DNA of 63,739 bases, the filler included, from an uncultured Methanosarcinales archaeon (lineage in GTDB: Archaea > Nanobdellota > Nanobdellia > Woesearchaeales > JABMPP01), in NCBI GenBank assembly GCA_964604995.1. It is 3 parts of 3 records of this genome, joined end to end, with 100 filler letters (N's around TTAATTAATTAA, not from the genome) between each part and the next. Parts side by side here need not be neighbours in the genome. Positions count along the whole stretch, not along the records: positions 1 to 27,170 come from CAZSAD010000025.1; 2 more parts are not named here. One strand, written 5' to 3'. Positions 11,084 through 19,800 of the stretch are shown here, piece after piece. Both the position numbers and the translations under genes were made by a program. The notes beneath the pieces are model-generated. The model did no database searches, was not told the DNA's origin, and saw nothing but the letters and a program-made list of their open reading frames with translations. Position 1 is the first letter of the stretch. Each line of letters begins with the position of its first letter.

Positions 11084-12127
11084 ATGAGTATTAGACTAAA
11101 GTTCTTCAAATTAAACCCTTTTCCTATTAAAACACTTATAAATAACATTAGAAAACAAACATGGGGTTTAAAGGAATTAATTAAAGAAATAAATGGTCTA
11201 AAAGGGGAATTATTGCAAGCGAGAGTAGAATTGGAACATCTTATTTTAACAGGTTCAAAAGATACCGAAGATCATAAAATTGCACAAACCAAAATTTTAG
11301 AAGTTAGAAAAATAATAAAAAATAAATTAGCGCTTCTAGCAAAAGATTTTGACAAAGAAATTAAAAGATTTAAAATCGTCGATTATAAAGGCCAGACAAT
11401 TTCTTTTAGAGAGCTTAAAGCAATAAAACAATTTGAAAAAATATCAATAGGACATTTGAAGTATCTTGAAAAAAAAGAATTGACTCTAGCTAAATCCAAA
11501 CAAGAAAGATTACAAATTTCAAGTAAGTATATTGCAGCAACAAAAGAATTAGAAAGTGTGATGATAGGACTTGAAACAAAATTAAACCATACTTTAAAAT
11601 CACTCTGGGAAATGGCAAATAGACAAGCTATTGACGGAGTAGAGATAATGGCAAAGTTATCATCGCAAAAACAAGAAAAGCAACAAAGAGTAATTAAAAT
11701 AGGAGCTAAAAATATTGGAGATTTAGTATCAAAACATAAAAGTAAGTTAAAGCAATTAGGTCATTCAAAAAATCTTCAAGAGTATATGAACTGTTTTAAA
11801 GAATTAGTAAGCATTTTTACAGAGGAAATGGAAGATATCCTTAATATGGTAAAAGAGCTTAGAATTTTTGTATTTGATTTAAGAGGAAATTTTAAACAGT
11901 TAAAAATGTATAGTAAATCCATTGGAAATAAAGAAACTGATGCTGTACAACTAGAAGAACACTTAAAAAAAGCCTTAGGAGATATTGAATCATTGTATAA
12001 CTGGCTTTACCATGAAGATAGAAACTATAAAAAATTAAATTATGATGATTGGGTGCAAGAAATTGAAGTTTCACAAAATCACATAAAAAGCAAATTCAAA
12101 GAAGAATTACCTAAAAAAGTTGCATAA
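11084..12127 (+). CDS. Hypothetical all-helical protein
   Basis: SD GAGGGGTG before the ATG at 11084; helical, Lys-rich. Confidence 0.8.
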   Translation: MSIRLKFFKLNPFPIKTLINNIRKQTWGLKELIKEINGLKGELLQARVELEHLILTGSKDTEDHKIAQTKILEVRKIIKNKLALLAKDFDKEIKRFKIVDYKGQTISFRELKAIKQFEKISIGHLKYLEKKELTLAKSKQERLQISSKYIAATKELESVMIGLETKLNHTLKSLWEMANRQAIDGVEIMAKLSSQKQEKQQRVIKIGAKNIGDLVSKHKSKLKQLGHSKNLQEYMNCFKELVSIFTEEMEDILNMVKELRIFVFDLRGNFKQLKMYSKSIGNKETDAVQLEEHLKKALGDIESLYNWLYHEDRNYKKLNYDDWVQEIEVSQNHIKSKFKEELPKKVA

Positions 12128-12231
12128 ATTTATAGGCTCACTTTTCATGTATCTAATACTTAATTAAAATTTAATTGAGTAAAATAAGCTTTTTAGATAT
12201 TTAATATTCACAAAAATTGTGGAGGAATAAC

Positions 12232-12936
12232 ATGTACAAACTTTATAAAAAACCAAAAAAAACAACAGTCATAACAGGTTTTCCAGGATTTGGTCTTGTT
12301 GGGACAATTGCAACTGAATTTTTAATCGAACACTTAAAAACTGAACAAATTGGCAAAATGTGGCTAGAAAACACAACAGCAGTTGTTGCAATACACAATG
12401 AACAACTGGTTAATCCAATAGGTATATTTTACAATGAAGAACATAATATTTTGATTATCCATGGAATAGCTGCAAACCCCGGAACAGAATGGGAAATTTC
12501 AGGAGAAATATCTAAGCTTGTCGATGAACTTGAAGCTAATGAAGTTATAGCACTTGAAGGGGTGGGTACACAAAACCCAAAAGAGGATCCAGAAGTATAT
12601 TATTTTTCAACTTTAGAGGAGACAAAATCAAAATTTAAGGGTTTTGGATTAAAAAGTTTAAAAGAAGGAATTGTTATGGGGGTAACTTCTGCACTATTAG
12701 TTAAAGTAGAAAGGCCAATGTCCTCACTTTTCGTAGAGAGCCATGCTGATTTACCTGACAGTAAAGCTGCTGCTTTACTTATTGGCGCTTTAGATAAGTA
12801 CATCTCTTTAGGCGTTGACGAAGCTCCTTTATTAGAATCTGCAAAACTCTTTGAAAAGAAACTAAAAAATTTAATAGAAAAAAGTAAAGAGGCTCAGGAT
12901 CAAAAAGAAAAGAAAATGCTCTCGTATATGGGATGA
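12232..12936 (+). CDS. Proteasome assembly chaperone, PAC2 family
   Basis: GFPGFGLVGTIA motif, LEGVG, PDSKAAA; SD GGAGG before the ATG at 12232. Confidence 0.9.
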   Translation: MYKLYKKPKKTTVITGFPGFGLVGTIATEFLIEHLKTEQIGKMWLENTTAVVAIHNEQLVNPIGIFYNEEHNILIIHGIAANPGTEWEISGEISKLVDELEANEVIALEGVGTQNPKEDPEVYYFSTLEETKSKFKGFGLKSLKEGIVMGVTSALLVKVERPMSSLFVESHADLPDSKAAALLIGALDKYISLGVDEAPLLESAKLFEKKLKNLIEKSKEAQDQKEKKMLSYMG

Positions 12937-13510
12937 GCATTTTAATTATTTTCCTCTCGTCAAATGTATCGGTTTTTAATTAGGTTTTATAGTGCCTAAT
13001 TTAAATTTCTTAAATAAATTAAGATTAGAAAGTTAAGTCAACTGATTTTTTCGAATTAACACTCACTTTCCAAGTATTATTTAAAATAATAACTAAATAT
13101 TGACATTTTTAACATATTTATTTTCAATATCGTAATTTAATAAGTAGATAATTGGAAATATATTATAGAAACAAGATATTTTAATAGAGATAATATAAAA
13201 TAGATAATAGTAAATAGATTATTAAATATAACTTATATAGAATATAATTAAAATTAATAGATATTAAAGAACATATCTTTTATATAACAAAATAAAAACT
13301 TAGTCGTAAAATTAAAATATAATAAAATAACAATAAAAGTAATATTTTTTAATAATACAATATAAAAACATAATAAAAAACTATGAAAAATATAATTTAT
13401 TAATTTTAATAAATCATTAAAATGTGAACTTCGTATTAATTTGTATATGAAAAAAATTATTAAGAAAAATAACTAGAAAGCTAGCCATTTTAAAATTGTT
13501 TCGACTAAAA

Positions 13511-13745
13511 AAATATAGATGAATCTATATTTAGATATACATTCGATACTATCCCGAATACTATTTCAAACCTCCCCATTTAACATTCTTTTTCATTGTT
13601 TTTACTCTCGAAGGGGACTTTATGAGTGATACCCCCTCAAACTAATTTGTCGAGATAATGCCCAAATATTAAAGAATGTTGTCCATTATTAAGGAATAAT
13701 GCCCAAAAGAGCATATTTTCAAGTTTTGTAAAATTCGGGATTTTA
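13511..13745. repeat. Cluster of palindrome and short repeats in a ~1 kb intergenic region
   Basis: Palindrome AAATATAGAT-GA-ATCTATATTT (13511-13532); ATAATGCCCAAA twice (13655, 13696); AAATTCGGGATTTTA (13731), which recurs at 14644. Confidence 0.55.
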
Positions 13746-13981
13746 CCGAAAATAAGATTAATCCTCGAAGCTTATAATCCAAATATCTTTGAGATGATAA
13801 AACAAACTAGTATAAGCTAGATAAGAGAGTTTTATGGGTTTAATATTTAGTTTTAATCAATTTAAGCATATAATATTTAATTTATAATTAAAATATTTAA
13901 GCAATTTTTAAAAAAGATAAAATGTTGACACTTGTCGGGATAATAAAAAAATTTAAATATAACCAAGACAATATTCAAACT

Positions 13982-14491
13982 ATGAACAAGATCATTTTAA
14001 CTGATTTAGAACCCGGAATTAATCCAGATTCTGACGAGTTAGCCAATGTAGTTGTTACACGTTTAGGCCTTATGCCAAGAAAAAAAGGTTCAACTGAAAA
14101 AATGAATTTAGTTTTAGTTGAACTATATGAAAGAGCTAAAAAAGCATATAGGGACAAAAATCCAACTATTGCAGTTATGACCGTCGAAGAAATGGCTAGT
14201 TTAGCTGGTATAACAAGGCAAACTATGTATGATTATTTAAAAAGGTGGTTAGTTTTAGATTTTATAACAAAAACTAGTTTTATAGGTTTAAGGAATAAAG
14301 TTATCGTCGGATATAAACTAAATGGAAATACTCTCGAAAACGCTTTTGATAAGGCCAAATCTAAGATTACAACAAATTTGGATTTTACATTAAAATATAT
14401 CCAAGAACTTCAAAAAATCGTCAAGAACGAGAAGATAAGCCAAGGAATGAAAGTTAAAGATTCGAATGAGGATAAACAAATTAATTCTTAA
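13982..14491 (+). CDS. HTH/winged-helix DNA-binding protein
   Basis: MTVEEMASLAGITRQTMYDYLKRW HTH; TTTAAATA about 30 nt upstream of the ATG at 13982 suggests a leaderless start. Confidence 0.8.
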   Translation: MNKIILTDLEPGINPDSDELANVVVTRLGLMPRKKGSTEKMNLVLVELYERAKKAYRDKNPTIAVMTVEEMASLAGITRQTMYDYLKRWLVLDFITKTSFIGLRNKVIVGYKLNGNTLENAFDKAKSKITTNLDFTLKYIQELQKIVKNEKISQGMKVKDSNEDKQINS

Positions 14492-14903
14492 AATATTTAA
14501 TTAAAAATTAAAGAATTTAATTATTTTTTTAATAGGTTTAATTCCGATGTAGGGATGATTATATAATAAATTAATAGATAAAGATAGAATAGCATTATAA
14601 CAACAATAAAAGATATAATATTTAAATGATTAAATTATAAAATAAATTCGGGATTTTATCTACTTAAATTTGATGTAACAAAAGCAATTTATTATTTTCA
14701 TTATTGAAAATAATAAAAAATACGATTAAAATAGAAGAGAGTAAAAGGATAAGTACCACTAAATATTTAGAGAATAAAAAAGTGTCTAGAAAGTGAGAGT
14801 AAAAGTGTTAAAAACATATTAATTAGGCACCATATAGGTAAAATTATAGATACTTAAGTATTAACGAGAAAGTAAAAAAGAAGTAAAAATAAATAGATAT
14901 ACC

Positions 14904-15389
14904 TTAAAAGAGCTTTTCGGCAATAGCCTCATTCAACTTTAAAAGATCATTCTTTGCCTGGCTTGCCCTATACTTCTCATCAAGTCGAAGATAAGTTCGA
15001 TTATGCCTATATACTTTAATTATAGGAACCCCTTTCATGATAAGGTTAGTTACATAGTTTTCAACCATAGTTTCACTAAGCCCTACGCTTCTTGCAACAT
15101 CTTTATACGTGGAAAGTGAGGATTCGGTTGAAAATAATGCTAAAAAAACTTCTTGCTCCCTTTTGGTTAATGGTGAAACATAAACTGGTTCATCTTTTTT
15201 GATCTTTGGATCTAAAAGCAATTGCATTTCATCTAGCCTTTCGTTAAGCTTTTGGATTTTAGAATTTAGCTCAAGCAAGAATTCATAGTTAGCTTGAACT
15301 TCATTTGTATTCTCATTAAGAGCATTTAAATGGTCATCAAGCTCTTTTCTAATATCAACTGCTTCGCTTTTCCAACCATTGTGAAACAT
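14904..15389 (-). CDS. Coiled-coil plus C-terminal winged-helix protein (start may be ATT at 15416)
   Basis: Heptad region, then PLTKREQEVF...STYKDVARSVGLSETMVENYVTNLIMKG HTH. Confidence 0.8.
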   Translation of the reverse strand: MFHNGWKSEAVDIRKELDDHLNALNENTNEVQANYEFLLELNSKIQKLNERLDEMQLLLDPKIKKDEPVYVSPLTKREQEVFLALFSTESSLSTYKDVARSVGLSETMVENYVTNLIMKGVPIIKVYRHNRTYLRLDEKYRASQAKNDLLKLNEAIAEKLF

Positions 15390-15456
15390 AGCCCTAATTA
15401 CAGTAAAAAAGCCAATATCGCTTCACCCCCAAATATTAATTAAAGCTGAAATTAGT

Positions 15457-15473
15457 TATATTTAAATGTTTCG
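15457..15473 (-). promoter_or_regulatory. Archaeal BRE-TATA promoter (CGAAACATTTAAATA) for the 14904-15389 gene
   Basis: Purine-rich BRE directly followed by TTTAAATA; a near-identical element CGAAACATTTATATA lies upstream of the LysM gene. Confidence 0.6.
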
Positions 15474-15537
15474 ATGCTCCTCGAGGGGATACTCCATTTA
15501 TAATAAAGCTTAAATAGCACCTTAATTTGGTATAATT

Positions 15538-16170
15538 ATGAACTTAACCAAATCAAAACTTGCAATAATTCTATCAAAACTTAAAGGATTTGAAAACCCA
15601 AAATTTAAAGACGAACAATACACAACTGATTCTGAAGTTGCTGCAACTATTTTATGGAACGCTTACATGGCAGGTGACATTGAAAACCAAATTATAGCTG
15701 ATCTTGGCTCTGGGACAGGTATTTTAGGATTAGGTGCTATCCTCCTAGGAGCAACAAAAGTTTACTTTGTTGAAAAGGATAAAGATGCATTGAAAATATT
15801 TGAAGAAAATTTATCAAAAATTAAAGAAAATCAAAAAGAACTACAAGATTACGAAACTAAAATAGTATTTGACGACGTGAAAAATTTTAGTCACCAAGTT
15901 GATGTAGTTTTTCAAAATCCCCCTTTTGGCATAAAAAAACTGCATGCAGATAGATCATTTTTAGAAAAAGCATTTGAAATTTCAAAAAAAATTTATAGTT
16001 TCCATAAATCTGAAAGTACTAGTTTTTTACAAAGTTTTTCCTTACAACATAAATTTGCAATTGTTGAAGAACATAAATTTGCATTTCCAATAAAACAAAC
16101 TATGAAATACCACACTTCAAAGATAAAAAGAATTGAGGTTAGCTGTTATAAATTTGAAAAAATAGATTAA
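15538..16170 (+). CDS. METTL5-family RNA N6-adenine methyltransferase
   Basis: EQYTT, DLGSGTG SAM motif, NPPFG catalytic motif; next to rpoL as is common in archaea. Confidence 0.9.
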   Translation: MNLTKSKLAIILSKLKGFENPKFKDEQYTTDSEVAATILWNAYMAGDIENQIIADLGSGTGILGLGAILLGATKVYFVEKDKDALKIFEENLSKIKENQKELQDYETKIVFDDVKNFSHQVDVVFQNPPFGIKKLHADRSFLEKAFEISKKIYSFHKSESTSFLQSFSLQHKFAIVEEHKFAFPIKQTMKYHTSKIKRIEVSCYKFEKID

Positions 16171-16237
16171 ATATGGTATTTATAGCTTGCTAAATTATGC
16201 GATAACTATTTAAACAGTTATCATTTTCTGTCTTTAT

Positions 16238-16516
16238 ATGGAAATCAACATTCTTGAAAATCAAAAAAGAAAGATGGTATTAGAGTTTAAGAACACAGAA
16301 CAGGGTTTTTGTAATGCTCTAAAAGCTGAGCTTTGGAATGATGAGAATATCGAAGCTGCTGGTTATCAAATTGAACACCCATTAATTGATAAAATCAAAT
16401 TCACTGTCGAAACTAATACAAAGCAAACTCCACAAGAAGCAGTTCATGCCGCTTTAAAGAGAGTTAAAGCAACAGTAGATAAGATGTCTAAGGGTTTTTC
16501 AACAATTAAATTATAA
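16238..16516 (+). CDS. rpoL: DNA-directed RNA polymerase subunit L (Rpo11)
   Basis: NALKAELW...AAGYQIEHPL; 92 aa. Confidence 0.9.
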   Translation: MEINILENQKRKMVLEFKNTEQGFCNALKAELWNDENIEAAGYQIEHPLIDKIKFTVETNTKQTPQEAVHAALKRVKATVDKMSKGFSTIKL

Positions 16517-16677
16517 AATATTTAATTTCTTTTATTTAATGTTTTTATCATATTTTCTGCTTTTTACTAATTTTTAAATACCAAAAGATATAAATATTTC
16601 TTAGATAATAATATAGCAAATAGTATAATTTATTAAATACTAGATAATATTAGTATAAATATTGCAATAAATATAAC

Positions 16678-16854
16678 ATGAAATTTAAAACTAAGCTTTG
16701 GAAAAGAAGTCCCACTTCTTTTGCAAGTACTATCCCCCAAGTAGCTGTGATTTCTTTAGATGAAAGTAAAAAATATGATGTTTCATGGGAATATGATAAA
16801 ACAGAAGATGTGTGGAAAGTTCGCTTTGAAGAAAGAAAAAAAGGTGGCAAGTAA
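16678..16854 (+). CDS. Small AbrB/SpoVT-like swapped-hairpin DNA-binding protein (58 aa, absent from the ORF track)
   Basis: Translated by hand: MKFKTKLWKRSPTSFASTIPQVAVISLDESKKYDVSWEYDKTEDVWKVRFEERKKGGK*. The K-L..S-x-x-x-TIP pattern is AbrB-like; the stop abuts the next ATG (TAA ATG). Confidence 0.65.
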   Translation: MKFKTKLWKRSPTSFASTIPQVAVISLDESKKYDVSWEYDKTEDVWKVRFEERKKGGK

Positions 16855-19800
16855 ATGTCAGAACCAGGAGTAGCTGCAAAAGCAAAGGATGGCATTAAAA
16901 GTGCAGGTAAGTATTTTGCAATATTTTTACTAATTGCATTTTTAGCAATGAATGCATTTGTAGCATACGAAGAGTCTGGAAAAAATTTTAGTAATATAAA
17001 GTGGACCAAAATTATTTACCCAACATACATTGAAAATATTATTAATGATATTGGAAACAGTGTATCTCAAGGAACCCAAACAGAACAAAAAACTGAACCA
17101 AGTCCTGAGCAAAAAACAGATTTACCTCAAAATCCAACCCCACAAATAAATGATAGTGTAAAAACTAAAGAAAATAATAGTACCATAATTCCAACTGAAG
17201 AGAGTACTGGTTTCTCATTTGCTAAACCTTTAGGCATGTCTTGGTGGATATGGGTAATAATAATATTTATTATTGCTACGGTAATATTTTTACTAAAGTA
17301 CCTTAAGAAATATAAACAAAAACAAGAGGAAAAACAACCAAATCTACAGGCAAAAAGTTACGCAGAACAGATAGTTGAAGATTATAATAAAGGAAATGAG
17401 AAAGAATTTATTGAAAAATATAAAGTCAAAATAGATTATCTAAAATATGAAAAAGAAGATGTGTATTGGTGGTCTTCTGATGTTCCGGATTCTGAAAATC
17501 AAACTAAAGTAGTATTACCACCAATACGAACTACATTAGAAAGTATTGAAAGATTTATTGAATTATCAAAAAATTATAATGTGTACATTTATGAAAATGG
17601 TGAGGATACTAAAGAAACGAAAGGAAAATTATTAACAATTAGTAAAGGATTTATCACAGAAAAAGATAACAAAAACAATGATGTAAATTTTGAAATTTAT
17701 ACCAAACTAATAGCTAAACTTTTAACACAATTCAAATTTAGCATTTGCTACTTAAATCCTGCAGCTTTTCATGAAAACATATCAAATGTGGGTTATGGGG
17801 ACCTTCATTTCTTTGCAAGTGAAAAAGATTTAAAACTGTTTAAAGAAAATAAAATTGTTGAATATGTACCAACAGATGAAGAAATAAAAAATGCAAATGA
17901 ACATTTTGAATCTTTAAAATCAAAAGAAGCTCCCAAGGAACCTAGTTCTGAATCAGAAATTAATTCAAACATTGAAGAAGCAAAGATTATCGACTTAAAA
18001 GAAGTAGGTAAAGAGATAAACAAAACAGAACAAGATATACAAGAAACAGAAAAAGATGTAAATAAAGTAATATCAGAAGTTAAAATTGAAGAAAAAACAG
18101 TAGAAGAGATTTATAAAGATGAACTTAAAAATATTGAATTAGTAAAACAAGCAATTGCTTTTGAAAGAATATATGAAGAAGCAATTAAGGAAGCTCATTT
18201 AAAATTTGATAAAATTATAGATAATATACTGATTTCTATAGAAAAAACATATGGCCTTCGCGATAGAAATGAGTGCGTAATTAGATTGTATAAAGAATTA
18301 AAAAGTCTTGAAACTAAGGATAAACCATTAGTTGTTTTAAAAGTAAACTTTGCTATGATTTTAAAAGAACTTCCAAATAAAGATAAAAAAGAGATTATTG
18401 ATTTACTTGAATGGATTTATAAAATAGGATTAGTAAAAAAAGATTACCCAATATTCAGAACACAATTTAGGGATTATGGAGTAGCATATGAACTTTCAAA
18501 ACATGATATTTTCAAACATGAATTCAAAACTTTTAGTGAATTACTAGACATCTCAAATGAAATTTTAATAAAAATTAAAACATTAGAAAAAGAATTTGTA
18601 AATTTAAAACAGCCCTTAGAAAAGTTGTTGTTAGATGATAAAAAAGAATATGCAAATTTTGAGCAGTTAATAGAAAAAATATTAGAATATTTATCAGAGC
18701 ATTCAACAAAAGAAACTAGAAATGATTTAAATGAAACATTTATTGATGTATTGCAAGAAAAATATAAAAATAATCATGAACTTATAAATAAATTAACAAC
18801 TGCATTATTTGATAATAACTTACCCCTTTCAATTTTAACTGAAACCCAAGTAAGATTGGAAAAAGCATTATTCAATATTATAAAAATTGTAGATGTTCTT
18901 AAAAAAGGAGAGATTTATGTAACAGTAAAAAGCATTGATGAAAATAATAATCCCACTATAGAGAAACGTATCACTTGTTTTGAATGTCTGGAACATGAAC
19001 TAAAAACGTTAGTTTCTCTTTTCTTAAATGGTGAAACTGATTTTGAAAATTCAAATTATAAACAATTTTTGCCAATGATTCATAGAGAATATAATACCCT
19101 AATTGAATCTCTTAGAGGATTAAAACAATTAATGGAAGATTTAAGAAAAGATGAAAAAGATATAAGTAAATTAGAAGAAGTTATTGAAAAGATAGAAGAG
19201 GAAACTATAGAGTCAAAACAAACTGAATTGACATTAAAAAATAGAGAAATTAAAAATGTACAATCTCAAGAAAGTAAACAAGATATAAAAGAAGAAGCCA
19301 TCAAAACATGTTCTTTAATTATAGAATCATTAGAAAAAATTGAAAAAATAGAAGAATTGCCAGAGAAAATTGCTGAGCATGTTAAAAAAAGTAAGAAAAA
19401 GATTAAAGAAAATAAAGAAAAACTTGAGAAAGTACATAGTAACAATAAAGAAAAGGTAGAAGAATTAATTTTAGATAATACTATTGACACACTTAAAGTT
19501 CTTCATGAAACAACAAATGAAACTTTGGTAGGTATGGATAATAAAGAGATTGATGAATTAACTACTGAACTATCAAAAATTGGAAAAACTGTTTCTATGG
19601 AAATAATATGTCCAAAAAGTGGTGAAGAATTTGAAGAAGGAAAAATACAAGCAATTAATACTCCAGAACCAATTGGATTAAAAGTTGCAAGAACTGAACA
19701 AATAGGGTTATCAAAAATCGAAGGTGAAAATTTAGTAGTAGATGTAAAAGCGAAAGTTGAAGTTGAAGTTCCAATTGAACAAATAGAAGATAAATTATCT

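Noticed and set aside
13560..13660. Canonical ORB boxes or a structural RNA (SRP/RNase P)
   Set aside because: G-strings occur, but there is no TCCA-N-GAAA ORB core, no adjacent orc1/cdc6, and too little GC pairing for those RNAs.
16650..17009. 119-aa minus-strand ORF
   Set aside because: Antisense to the AbrB-like gene and to the start of the 1665-aa gene.
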